From a bacterium (GTDB taxonomy: Bacteria > UBA8248), in NCBI GenBank assembly GCA_965261085.1, contig OZ253442.1, forward strand, positions 32,001 to 96,000: DNA of 64,000 nucleotides, written 5' to 3'. Positions 1 to 9,064 of the stretch are shown here, in pieces. Within the stretch, counting starts at the first letter, position 1. Every line of letters starts with the position of its first letter. The position numbers and the translations under genes are program-made. Under the pieces are notes generated by a model, which searched no databases, was not told the origin of the DNA, and worked only from the letters and a program-made list of their open reading frames with translations.

Positions 1-198
1 CGGGTTGAGCGCACCGGCTGCGGGACCGTCGCCCTTGCCCGTTGGCCCGTGGCAGGAGGCGCAAAGCTGCTGGTATTTGACCTTGCCGGCCGCAGCATCG
101 CCTTTTTGCTGAGCGGCCCCGTCATCGGAGGCCAGGAGAAAGATCGCCATTCCGAGTACGCAGCCGGCGCAGATGAAAAACCTTCTCGATCGAGACAT
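1..198 (-). CDS. Periplasmic class I cytochrome c (3' part runs off the window)
   Basis: Not in the ORF track. Manual translation from ATG 198: MSRSRRFFICAGCVLGMAIFLLASDDGAAQQKGDAAAGKVKYQQLCASCHGPTGKGDGPAAGALNP. Signal-like N-terminus, CxxCH heme motif, GGAGG RBS upstream. Confidence 0.85.
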   Translation of the reverse strand, partial: MSRSRRFFICAGCVLGMAIFLLASDDGAAQQKGDAAAGKVKYQQLCASCHGPTGKGDGPAAGALNP

Positions 199-246
199 TC
201 GTTTTCAACCTCCCTCACGATTCTACGGGGTAAACCACCATCTCCA

Positions 247-2913
247 TTAAAGCGTCCGGGGAACGAAACTAAGACTCGTCAGCGAATGCTTGTGCGGAGA
301 TTCTCCAATCTTCTTCAATCGTCCCTTACCCAGCTTATACCGATAGCGGTTGGTCAAGGGATCCGGCACCCTGTGAACCACCGAATTGGCCGGGTTTTCG
401 GGAAAGCCGAAATAGGCGAAGGTGACGCCTGCGCGAACCGCATCCGTGACAATGGCCACTGCGGTGAAGCTCCCCTTGCTTTTCTTGATTCGTCCGGCCT
501 TCATCAGCTCGGTGAACGTCTGCTCCTTGTCGTCGACGCCGATGTATCCTCCCGTCTGCACGAGCAGGTCGTCGTTCTCGATGGCCACGAGGTCTCCGGA
601 CTCGATGCCTCGGGCGCTGGCGTCTTGCGGGTGAATTTCCAGGAACTGCTGCGGCCAGCGCTGCATGATGTAGGGACGCCGCTTGTCGTCGTAGCCGGAT
701 TGCCAAAGCTCGTTTATCCGGCCGTTCGTCACCCACAGTTCGTCTCCTTGCGGAGTGACCCGATCGTAGAAATCCTTAAAATCTTCCCAGTAGCTTTTCA
801 GCAAAACCGCCTTGCCGCTCTGGGTCCCGAAGGAGGTGAGCCATTTCCTGTGCATCGTGGGTCCTTCCGGGGTTCCCAATTCAAGGGTCTCGTCGTGTAG
901 CCGCTTCGTCCCGACAAGTTCTCCCTTGACCATGCGGATGGGGGTTTGAATGCCGGCGGTTCCGTATTCGCGGAGCAGTTCGTGCCCTCGTTTCCCATCG
1001 CGCTTGGCCTTCACCACGAGCGGATGGTAATTGAGGACCCCTTTGCGTCCGAAGCGGGCCGCCTCCTCGAATATCTGGTTGCTGTTCTTCCAATCGAAAC
1101 CCTTGAATCCCATCTTCCTGGCGAAGGCCGCGATGATCCACCAGTCGGGCCTGGCCTCTCCGGGGGGGTCGGCGAACTTGCTGTAGAGCCTGAGACGACG
1201 CTCGCCGTTGCACCGGGTGAAGTCTTCCTCGCCCCAGGTGGCTGCCGGAAGCACCAGATCCGCATACTCCGTTCCGATCGGAGTAACAGGATAAATGTCC
1301 TGGTTGGCCACGACCATGCCGCCGGTGTCCACCCGTCTCTTTAAGGCGTTCACCGCCGTCTCGACGTCAAAGCTCTCGATCTGATGGGGATTGTTACGAG
1401 TCAATCGCTGGAAGACGCCCATCAATTCCTGGGATGCCGCCATGGCCTGACACCAGGTGGTTCCGATGACCCATGCGAAACGGACGTGGCCATCCACGAC
1501 CCACCGGTCCAGATCGATTTCCTTCTTGCGGCGTCCCGGCGCCTTCTCCGGAGACAGGTTCCTCGGATAACCGGCTGCGCCCATCCAGCCTCTTTGATGC
1601 CCCCCTCCGCGCGAGATCACACGGCCCGGTCGCGACCCGGCCCCACAAACCAGCCCGAGGGCCGCGAAGGAAGCCGTGTTCCCGAAGCTGTTGCACCAGT
1701 AATTTCCCTTCTCGAGCATGAACGAGGTTTTTTTGCGCGTCCCGTCGGGTTTGGGCTTGGCCAGGATTTCAGCGGTCTTCCGAATCGATGCCGCGGACAC
1801 ACCCGTAATCTTGGCGACTTGGTCCAACTCGGCGTAGGGATAGCTTAGAACCCACTTTTTGTAGCCCTCGAAGTCGGTCCCGTACTTACCCCAGGTCGTG
1901 ACCCACTGCCACGGCGTGTTGCGGGTTCCGCGTCCCATGCCGGCGTTGATCTCCCACTTGTTCGCCAACTTTCGCGCAATCCACTCCTTATCCTCCCAGC
2001 CGTTTTCCAGGATCAGGCGGATGATGGCCAGATGAAGTACCGTATCCGTTCCCGGAATGACGGGAAGGAAGAGACCTCCCTGTTTCTCACCGTAGACAAC
2101 GCCCGTGGTCTTCCGGGGAAGGGCGAAGATCAGTTTCTTGGCAGGCGTTTTCCCTCCCATGATCCAGGAGGTGAACAACACCGATTTGGTTTCCCACGGG
2201 TCGACGCCGGAGAAGAAGATCACTTCGGCCTCTCCCCAGTCGTCATAGGAGGCGCTGAAAGGATTGATACCGGAAAAATCGATCCCGGGCGTGTCCGGGC
2301 CGGGACCCGGCTTGTCATGCGGGGCGTAGGCCGGCGTTCCGATGGCGCGGAAAGCGAGCTTGGAGATGGCGTAGGTATTTTCGAAATACTGATAGGAATA
2401 CGTCTTCATGGCCCAGGCGTGCTCGCCGTACTTCTTGAGGACATGTTTCGAGATTCCCGCCATGACGCCCAGGGCCGTATCCCACGAAACCTCCTGGAGG
2501 GTTCCACCAACCCGCATCATCGGCTGACGCAGGCGATCCTGGGAGGGTTCGTTGGGATTAAAAAGCTTCTTGGCCAGGACGCCGCCCCGGATGGAGTGGT
2601 TCCCCCCGACGTTCACGACCTTCGAATCCTTATCGGGCATGACGATAACGTGGTGGGGGCGACCGTTGGCCATAATAATGTTGTGCATGTTCGGGCTGAT
2701 CCAGCCGCCGCTCATCATGCCGGTGGGGAAATCGACGCCCAGGGCATTCTCCCCGCCCTTGGGCCCGCCCTCGCGCCCGACCGGCCACCTGTACACCTTG
2801 TACCCGCAGCCCACGATGCAATAGTCACACACCGTGGTGAAAACCTCCGCGTCCGGCGGCGGGAGGGGGACACTGTCTTCCGCAAGGTAGTAGTTCGTTA
2901 CCTTTCTTGCCAT
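247..2913 (-). CDS. idrA: DMSO-reductase-family molybdoenzyme large subunit, AioA-like; likely iodate reductase IdrA
   Basis: CDYCIVGC [3Fe-4S] motif, HSIRGG, EKG, RGGGHQRG, C-terminal molybdopterin dinucleotide domain. Context of Rieske plus two CcP genes is the idr rather than aio arrangement. AioA HNRPAYNSE is replaced by HDKPGPGPD. Confidence 0.8.
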   Translation of the reverse strand: MARKVTNYYLAEDSVPLPPPDAEVFTTVCDYCIVGCGYKVYRWPVGREGGPKGGENALGVDFPTGMMSGGWISPNMHNIIMANGRPHHVIVMPDKDSKVVNVGGNHSIRGGVLAKKLFNPNEPSQDRLRQPMMRVGGTLQEVSWDTALGVMAGISKHVLKKYGEHAWAMKTYSYQYFENTYAISKLAFRAIGTPAYAPHDKPGPGPDTPGIDFSGINPFSASYDDWGEAEVIFFSGVDPWETKSVLFTSWIMGGKTPAKKLIFALPRKTTGVVYGEKQGGLFLPVIPGTDTVLHLAIIRLILENGWEDKEWIARKLANKWEINAGMGRGTRNTPWQWVTTWGKYGTDFEGYKKWVLSYPYAELDQVAKITGVSAASIRKTAEILAKPKPDGTRKKTSFMLEKGNYWCNSFGNTASFAALGLVCGAGSRPGRVISRGGGHQRGWMGAAGYPRNLSPEKAPGRRKKEIDLDRWVVDGHVRFAWVIGTTWCQAMAASQELMGVFQRLTRNNPHQIESFDVETAVNALKRRVDTGGMVVANQDIYPVTPIGTEYADLVLPAATWGEEDFTRCNGERRLRLYSKFADPPGEARPDWWIIAAFARKMGFKGFDWKNSNQIFEEAARFGRKGVLNYHPLVVKAKRDGKRGHELLREYGTAGIQTPIRMVKGELVGTKRLHDETLELGTPEGPTMHRKWLTSFGTQSGKAVLLKSYWEDFKDFYDRVTPQGDELWVTNGRINELWQSGYDDKRRPYIMQRWPQQFLEIHPQDASARGIESGDLVAIENDDLLVQTGGYIGVDDKEQTFTELMKAGRIKKSKGSFTAVAIVTDAVRAGVTFAYFGFPENPANSVVHRVPDPLTNRYRYKLGKGRLKKIGESPHKHSLTSLSFVPRTL

Positions 2914-2925
2914 GGTGCGTCCTCC

Positions 2926-3468
2926 TCAGCGCTGCAGCGGCGCAAGGTTCGAGTGATAACCGTATATGAGGCCCATCATCCCAATCGCGTAGATGTCGTC
3001 TCCACGGGTCTCCAGAACGACCTGGGGGAGGCTTTCCGTGGCTTGCCCCGCCGCGACCATGCCGTGCTTCATCAGGTCAAAGGACGTCAGATGAAAAGGG
3101 CACGGGCCTATGGCCTTGTACTTCCCGTTGTAGGTGCCCTGGAGGGGACCCCCCATGTGAGTGCAAAGGGTGCTGAACGCCACGACGTCTCTCTTAGAAC
3201 CGACGCCGCCGCCGGCCTCGACGCCCAACTTGATCAGCATGCATCCCGAGAAGACGTCCTTCCACGGATATTGGAAGTATTGCGGCGCATCGACCTTCAG
3301 ACTGCTGAGTTTTCCGATTTTCTTGCGGGGATAACCAGCCTTTTGCAGGGCCGCCCCGGCCATACCGGGAATGCCCTGGACCAGCACCACGCTCACGGCG
3401 GCTCCGCTGGTCAGGAGAAAGGCTCGCCGGGACATGCAAGGCCGGTTTTCCTTGGCTTCCTGAGTCAT
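2926..3468 (-). CDS. idrB: Rieske [2Fe-2S] small subunit with Tat signal (AioB/IdrB)
   Basis: Start reassigned to ATG 3468 (AAGGAGG RBS). SRRAFLL twin-arginine motif; CTHMG...CPFH Rieske ligands, without the two disulfide cysteines. Confidence 0.82.
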   Translation of the reverse strand: MTQEAKENRPCMSRRAFLLTSGAAVSVVLVQGIPGMAGAALQKAGYPRKKIGKLSSLKVDAPQYFQYPWKDVFSGCMLIKLGVEAGGGVGSKRDVVAFSTLCTHMGGPLQGTYNGKYKAIGPCPFHLTSFDLMKHGMVAAGQATESLPQVVLETRGDDIYAIGMMGLIYGYHSNLAPLQR

Positions 3469-3478
3469 GGATTCCTCC

Positions 3479-4618
3479 TTACGGCATGGCCGCGTACGGC
3501 GGCAGTTCAGGGGGCTGGACGAGCAAAGGCTTATCGCTCGAGAGTGACTCCAGGAAGGCCAGCAGGTCCTCCTTCTCCTCGTCTGAAAGCCCCAATTTTT
3601 TGAGAAGGGGACTCTTGTTCGAGTCCTGCCCGCCTCCTTCGTTATAAAAATCAATGACCTCTTCGAGCTCGAAAAAAGCGCCATTATGCATGAAAGGGGC
3701 CGTGTATTTCAGTTCCCGGAGGCTGGGGGTGCGGAACTTCCCCCGGTCGGCTTTCCTCTTGGTGGTGTAGTAGAGCCCCAAATCCCGATCCGCCTTTCGG
3801 TACACGGATTCAGGAACCCCCCGAATCACGTGCTGAAAACGAAGCGTTATCTGCCGCAGGGGGTCTTCCTTGAACGCGGGATTTTGGGGAACGCCGATGT
3901 TGTGATAGTCATCGTCCGACAACAGGGACCCGTTATGGCACTGGACACACTGGGCCTTTCCGCGAAAAAGAGCCAAACCCCGTTTCGCGCTTTCGGAAAG
4001 CGCTTTGCGGTCTCCTTTCATGTAGCGGTCGAACGGCACGTCCTTCGCACTGGAAACCAGTGTGCGCTCGAAAGCCGAAATGGCGCGCCAGGCGTCGTCG
4101 ATGGTCGGCCAGGCGGCTCCGAATACCTCACGAAAGCGTTTGACGTACTCCGGAACCTGACGCAGACGCTCCTCCATCATCATGGTGTCGCCGTTTCCGG
4201 CCACGTTGCCGGTAGCGGCGCTCTTGGCCTGGGCTTCCAGACTCGGAACCTCGCCGGCCCAGAACAATTTTGCGTAATAGGCTGAATTCAGGATTGTCTG
4301 GGAGTTCCTCCAGTGCTGCGTGCCTGGATAGCCCCGGCTCAGATCCCCCCCGTCTCCCCAGCCGCTCTCCGGGCTGTGACAAGAGGCGCACGACGTGCTG
4401 GCATCCCCCGACAACCGGGCGTCGAAAAAGAGCAGCTTGCCCAACTCCACCTTGGCCGGAGACATGGGATTGTCCGCCGGAACCGGAACCGGCGGAAGGG
4501 GCCCCAGGGGAGGAAATTTCCCCTCCTGGGCCGAAACCGACCCTCCCATCAGAAGGGCGGCGATGAAGCAAACGGCCATTGTGGAACCCAAGAACCAATT
4601 TTTCATTCGCCCTTTCAT
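3479..4618 (-). CDS. idrP1: Di-heme cytochrome c peroxidase (CcP/MauG family), IdrP1-like
   Basis: Signal peptide, LGKLLFFDARLS, CASCH and CVQCH, FRTPSLR, PFMHNG. Confidence 0.78.
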   Translation of the reverse strand: MKGRMKNWFLGSTMAVCFIAALLMGGSVSAQEGKFPPLGPLPPVPVPADNPMSPAKVELGKLLFFDARLSGDASTSCASCHSPESGWGDGGDLSRGYPGTQHWRNSQTILNSAYYAKLFWAGEVPSLEAQAKSAATGNVAGNGDTMMMEERLRQVPEYVKRFREVFGAAWPTIDDAWRAISAFERTLVSSAKDVPFDRYMKGDRKALSESAKRGLALFRGKAQCVQCHNGSLLSDDDYHNIGVPQNPAFKEDPLRQITLRFQHVIRGVPESVYRKADRDLGLYYTTKRKADRGKFRTPSLRELKYTAPFMHNGAFFELEEVIDFYNEGGGQDSNKSPLLKKLGLSDEEKEDLLAFLESLSSDKPLLVQPPELPPYAAMP

Positions 4619-4628
4619 GGCCGTCTCC

Positions 4629-5735
4629 TCAATTATCGCCTAGTTTGCGAATTGCATAATCGGGAAGTTTCGGCTCCTTCACGGAAACCGGAGAGCCGGA
4701 GAGACTTTTCAGGAATTCCACCAGGGCCTTGCGCTCATCCGCCTTGAGACCCAGGGGTTTCAGCCGCGTACTCTTGTTGGGACCGCGGCCGCCGCCCTTG
4801 TCGTAAAAGGCGACGACGTCCTCCAGCGCGGCGAATGCGCCGTTGTGCATGTAGGGAGCCGTTCGAGCGACTTCCCGCAAAGTGGGCGTTCGGAACTTGC
4901 CCCGGTCGCTCTCTTCTTTCGTCACGACGTAGAGGCCCGGATCGGCCCTGAGGTTCATGAAATTCGGAACACCGATAACCTTGTTGAACCGGCGGAAAGT
5001 GATGTGGCGCAGCGGATTCTTGAATATCTGCTCGTTTTCGGGAACGCCGAGCGCATGAAATTCGCCGTCGCTCAAAAGAGATCCGCCATGGCACTGGACG
5101 CAACCGGCCTTCCCCTGGAACAAGGCGAGTCCCTTTCGAGCCTGGGCGGAAAGGGCTTTTTTGTCGCCCTTGAGATACTTGTCAAAAGGAACGTTCCGGG
5201 AAGTGATGGTATGGAGGAACGCCGTAATGGCCTTAAGCGCCCCACCGAAGGAAGGTTCCCCTCCATACGCCTCTTTGAATTTCTTGACATAGGAGGGAAT
5301 CTGCTTGAGCCGCTCGGGAAACAACCGGCCATCGACCAGCATGAAGTGGGCCTCGGTGAGGTGATCGCGAACGAGCGTGGGCAGGTCGGCCCCGCTCAGG
5401 CGACCGTCCCAAAAGACGCGTTTGTTGTAGGCGGCGTTCAGGAGAGTTTGCGCGTTCCGAAAATACTTGCTCCCGGGATAGCCCGTGGACAGGCTCTGTC
5501 CATCACCCCATCCCTTGGCGGGTTGATGGCAGGTGGCGCAACTGATCCCCCCGTCCCCCGATAACCGGGGATCAAAGAACAGATACCGGCCCAAATCGGT
5601 CTGTGCGGGCTTCTGGGCCTTGGGCGGCGGAAGAGGCGAGAGAGAAGCCCCCCAGCCGGCGGCAGGAAGAAAAACCCAGAAGCTCAACAGGATTCCGCCG
5701 ATCACCCGACACCCGACAGCGCGAACAAGATCCAT
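4629..5735 (-). CDS. idrP2: Di-heme cytochrome c peroxidase (CcP/MauG family), IdrP2-like
   Basis: Signal peptide, LGRYLFFDPRLS, CATCH and CVQCH, FRTPTLR, PYMHNG. Paralog of the adjacent gene. Confidence 0.78.
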   Translation of the reverse strand: MDLVRAVGCRVIGGILLSFWVFLPAAGWGASLSPLPPPKAQKPAQTDLGRYLFFDPRLSGDGGISCATCHQPAKGWGDGQSLSTGYPGSKYFRNAQTLLNAAYNKRVFWDGRLSGADLPTLVRDHLTEAHFMLVDGRLFPERLKQIPSYVKKFKEAYGGEPSFGGALKAITAFLHTITSRNVPFDKYLKGDKKALSAQARKGLALFQGKAGCVQCHGGSLLSDGEFHALGVPENEQIFKNPLRHITFRRFNKVIGVPNFMNLRADPGLYVVTKEESDRGKFRTPTLREVARTAPYMHNGAFAALEDVVAFYDKGGGRGPNKSTRLKPLGLKADERKALVEFLKSLSGSPVSVKEPKLPDYAIRKLGDN

Positions 5736-5808
5736 TCTTCCCTACCCCCCACGGCTAGTATTCTATACCCTATAAGATATCCGTCTCAACCGTGACGAAA
5801 ATTCGGCC

Positions 5809-6552
5809 TTATTTCGAAGAGAACGTGAAGGCGGCAGCCTCCTTTCCACCGGCGGAGATGGTGATGTTTTTCTTTTTCATCCCCAGAGCCGGATGCCACG
5901 CCCTCAGGGAGTATTTCCCCGGGGGTATATCCTTGATCTGAAAGGTCCCATCCCCGCTCATGATCGCGTAATAGGGGTTCCTGGCCACGAAGAGAAACCC
6001 CTTCATCCAGTTGTGCACGTCGCACTCGATCCGGACGATCGGGCTCCGCCGAACCTTGGCCTTACGGACGACCTTTTTCCGAAATTTGGGTTGAGAGATG
6101 TTCCACATGGACCGTTTGGAGCGTCCTATGATCTCGTAGGTGTGAATGTTGTGATGGGCGGCGTCGCTGTTCAGGATGGTGACCTTGCCCCCTTCGGCGA
6201 CTATTTGCAGGTAGGGGACATAGGCGCACTTCTTCTGGTCCACCACGACGCTCTGGATTTTCTTGGGAAAGGCCTTGCCCTGCTTGACCTTGTGGAGATA
6301 GACGATCACGCCCCGGAGAGAGCCGTCCTTCGCGTCCACCTCCTGGCGGGTGACCTGGCCCTTGCCGCAGGCGTCATGGTCCTTGGTAATGATGTATTTG
6401 ACGGGCGCGGGAGGAGCACCCTTGAAGCTCACTCGGCCGGTGATGGTCCCGCCGCTGGTGGTAGATACGACTTTATACTTTGCTGAGGAAGAGTCAGGAG
6501 AAAAAAGAAAAAGCAGGGGAAAAACGAAAAGTAAGAAGGATTTACCCATCAT
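5809..6552 (-). CDS. Secreted carboxypeptidase-regulatory-like/cupredoxin-domain protein
   Basis: Signal peptide; GTITGRV; HNIH...CDVHNWM putative type-1 Cu ligands; DGTFQIKDIPPGKYSLRAWH beta-sandwich. Confidence 0.72.
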   Translation of the reverse strand: MMGKSFLLFVFPLLFLFSPDSSSAKYKVVSTTSGGTITGRVSFKGAPPAPVKYIITKDHDACGKGQVTRQEVDAKDGSLRGVIVYLHKVKQGKAFPKKIQSVVVDQKKCAYVPYLQIVAEGGKVTILNSDAAHHNIHTYEIIGRSKRSMWNISQPKFRKKVVRKAKVRRSPIVRIECDVHNWMKGFLFVARNPYYAIMSGDGTFQIKDIPPGKYSLRAWHPALGMKKKNITISAGGKEAAAFTFSSK

Positions 6553-6789
6553 TGAAAGAACTCCCTCGCAATGTCTTCTGTTGGCTTACGGCAACACGAT
6601 TATCGACCATCAACTATCCCGAGTCGTTTTCCGTCCTCCTCATCAGCGAAGTGTCGTCAAGGAACGGGAATGTCCTTTCGATGCGGGTCGCGCTCAAGTC
6701 GGCGACAAGTGGAATCGTCCCCACCACGGACGCAACAGAAACCCAACGTTCATCGTAGCGTGTCGCATGCTCTTTATGAGCTTGTTCAT

Positions 6790-6837
6790 AATTTCAATAT
6801 ACGAGCAACTCTTGAATGTTGCAACAAGATTGAAATT
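6790..6837 (-). promoter_or_regulatory. Sigma70-like promoter of the idr operon, framed by inverted repeats
   Basis: Minus strand TTGCAA (6824-6819)-17 bp-TATATT (6801-6796). Perfect 9-bp IR AATTTCAAT (6790-6798)/ATTGAAATT (6829-6837); palindrome TGTTGCAACA (6817-6826) over the -35. Confidence 0.5.
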
Positions 6838-7040
6838 CGACCTTTCTCGTGAGGCGGGCCGTTGCGCTCTGAGACCTACTTGCTTAGAGAGAACAAGAGA
6901 AGGGAGACTCAGCATCGAAACGCAGTGTGACCTACGTGAAAAACCAAAGACCACATCTAATAATGAAGAAAACTTTCCCCAGCAAATGACGAATGCACGA
7001 ACAGATGAGAAGAGAATCGAGTGTCTGTTTTAGTGGCTGT

Positions 7041-7080
7041 TACAGGGACATACAGGGATATACGAAGACGCACAGGGAGC
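7041..7080. repeat. Four 10-bp periodic direct repeats near the tRNA 3' end (integrase arm-type-site-like)
   Basis: TACAGGGACA TACAGGGATA TACGAAGACG CACAGGGAGC, 60-100 bp beyond the tRNA-Arg CCA end. Confidence 0.5.
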
Positions 7081-7139
7081 AAATTCAAAATATCCAGATC
7101 GCTGCTATCTGGTTGATTTTATTTTCCCTGATTTTCAGA

Positions 7140-7216
7140 TGGCACGCCCGGTAGGACTCGAACCTACAACCTTCGGATCCGAAGTCCGACGCTCTATCCA
7201 ATTGAGCTACGGGCGC
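7140..7216 (-). tRNA. tRNA-Arg(TCG)
   Basis: GCGCCCGTAGCTCAATTGGATAGAGC...CTTCGGA...GGTTCGAGTCC...CGTGCCA, 77 nt, encoded CCA. Confidence 0.95.
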
Positions 7217-7273
7217 GTGATATCCGTTGGTCTTGTTCGGAAGACAGGTTCCGCTCAAGAATGTGTAAACGTA

Positions 7274-7350
7274 TGGGGTGAGTGAGGGGACTTGAACCCC
7301 CGACCTCCGGGGCCACAACCCGGCGCTCTAACCACTGAGCTACACCCACC
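7274..7350 (-). tRNA. tRNA-His(GTG)
   Basis: GGTGGGTGTAGCTCAGTGGTTAGAGC...TTGTGGC...GGTTCAAGTCC...CACCCCA with G-1. Confidence 0.95.
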
Positions 7351-7423
7351 ATGCCTCCACCCGCCTCGCCTGCGCGTGTGGCCACGCATCCGGCGAGAGG
7401 AGCAACGCAATTACCCCAAAAAA

Positions 7424-7500
<77 letters not shown>

Positions 7501-7863
7501 CCACCTCGGCGACTTTCCCGTGGCAACCCACTCGCAGGCACCGATTTTCCGCTCAAAAGGCAAGAGAAAATATCACAAATCGAGATCGTCAACAACGCCT
7601 AGATCAGGAAGACCCATCCTGCGCGAGAAGTCACGATGGAAAAAGGATGGCTTGGCGCTCAGGCCAGGACAGGAAGATGACCTGGAGCGATTACGCGGAC
7701 ACGCGAACCCGGTAACGCACGCATGGGGCCTTTCGGCCCCGCCCAGCGAGCGCCCCTCTTCTCCCCAAATTTTTGTATTGAGCGTTTTAGTATAAGGAAA
7801 CCGCCGGAAATGTCCAGTGCCGCCGGGCAATGGCCACTATCCCAGGCGGGCGCAGCAAAAAAT

Positions 7864-8757
7864 CTACTCTCCCTCGAAGGGTTTTCTGCGCACCCTGCCC
7901 TCGCCCACCAGGGCCGCCTTCATGAGGAGAACCAGGGTGTTGGTTCTGGGGATGAGGTGGATGAAGCGATCGAGTTTCTGATCGATCACGTCGATTTCGC
8001 TCTCAGAAAGTCCGAGCGCCGCCACACGCTCCCTGCTCAAATCGACGGCGAAGGGAAACTCCTGTGCGGCGGCCGCCGCAGCTCCTTGCGCCTGGGTGAC
8101 GGTAATCCGGTACCCCGCCTTCGCCATCTCTTCTTTGAGAAACGGCCACACCCGCTCCAGAAAGGCGGGATGATGCCCCAGAGCGCGCCAAACGCTGCCC
8201 AGCCCCCCGGTCGTCTCGCGAATCTCTTCATACAGAGCACCCAAAGAAGCATCGACGGCGGCCGGGTCCACCAGACTTTCTCCACGCATCGAGGAGGGCG
8301 GACCCTTTGGCAACTCATCGGTGTCGGATTCTGCGCCGGGGCGGACGCCACCTATCTTCATGCCGTTGAGCGCGCCCTTCAAGGCGGCGGCGAGAATGAG
8401 GTTTTTGGGATTCGCGTCATTGTATATGTCCAGGACGCCGTCGACCGCGCCGATATCCTCAGGCCTGTAGTCGAAATTATCTTCTAATTCTTCGCCCACG
8501 TCGGGCACGTCGGGCGGCATGGGCGGGGCCATCCGCATCCTGAGGTTATCCGCGCAGCGCTCGAAATAAGCGATCGATGCATTGGGCCTGAGCGCATCCC
8601 AGGCCGCGGAAAAGTATTGTTCATGAACGGCCAGGGTGCGATAGATGAGGTTCACCTGCGTGCTGCGGAGCACCTGACGCATGTCTTCATAGATCGCCGC
8701 AACCTTCCCGGTGGCGCGATCTTCGGTGATTTCATCCAGGGCGATGGGTTTCATCAT
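7864..8757 (-). CDS. DehI (group I haloacid dehalogenase) fold protein
   Basis: Two internal repeats (EDRATGKVAAIYEDMRQVL...YRTLA...AW and DPAAVDASLGALYEEIRET...WRALG...VW) typical of the DehI pseudo-dimer. Start set at the ATG after GAAGGGG. Confidence 0.7.
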   Translation of the reverse strand: MMKPIALDEITEDRATGKVAAIYEDMRQVLRSTQVNLIYRTLAVHEQYFSAAWDALRPNASIAYFERCADNLRMRMAPPMPPDVPDVGEELEDNFDYRPEDIGAVDGVLDIYNDANPKNLILAAALKGALNGMKIGGVRPGAESDTDELPKGPPSSMRGESLVDPAAVDASLGALYEEIRETTGGLGSVWRALGHHPAFLERVWPFLKEEMAKAGYRITVTQAQGAAAAAAQEFPFAVDLSRERVAALGLSESEIDVIDQKLDRFIHLIPRTNTLVLLMKAALVGEGRVRRKPFEGE

Positions 8758-8898
8758 TCCCCCTTCGAGGCCCGAAAGGCAAAAGCGAAAAAGCGGCCCG
8801 GCGAGGCGCCGCGCGAATCGCCCAGAGTATATGGGTGGTTGTCGGATGGAAACAAGCCAGTTTCGTTCCAGAAGCCCATCTGTGTGCAATAAAAACCC

Positions 8899-8943
8899 TT
8901 GACATAAAAGTTGAATGGCAATATATTTGATTCAGTCAAATAT
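8899..8943 (+). promoter_or_regulatory. Sigma70 promoter overlapped by a palindromic operator (likely MarR autoregulation)
   Basis: TTGACA (8899-8904)-17 bp-TATATT (8922-8927); IR ATATTTGA-N5-TCAAATAT (8923-8943); second half-site ATATTTGA at 8954. Confidence 0.72.
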
Positions 8944-9064
8944 TGATGCCCTCATATTTGACGAGGATTAAACAAGAACCATCAGACGAAATGCCCGGGA
9001 AACATCGAGGCTGCGCCTCCAAAACCCGGGCCACGAAATCCGGGAAAGACGGCACAGGGGAGTC

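Noticed and set aside
247-3468. Canonical arsenite oxidase aioBA
   Set aside because: HNRPAYNSE motif is altered, no aioXSR regulators, and tandem CcP genes are present; the Idr clade fits better, though phylogeny is still needed.
49-3603. Plus-strand ORFs 49..900 and 2032..3603
   Set aside because: Antisense shadows of idrA/idrB in GC-rich DNA; no motifs.
6618-6650. Hammerhead ribozyme (CTGATGAG...GAAA on the minus strand)
   Set aside because: No stem II closing directly on GAAA and no matching stems I/III.
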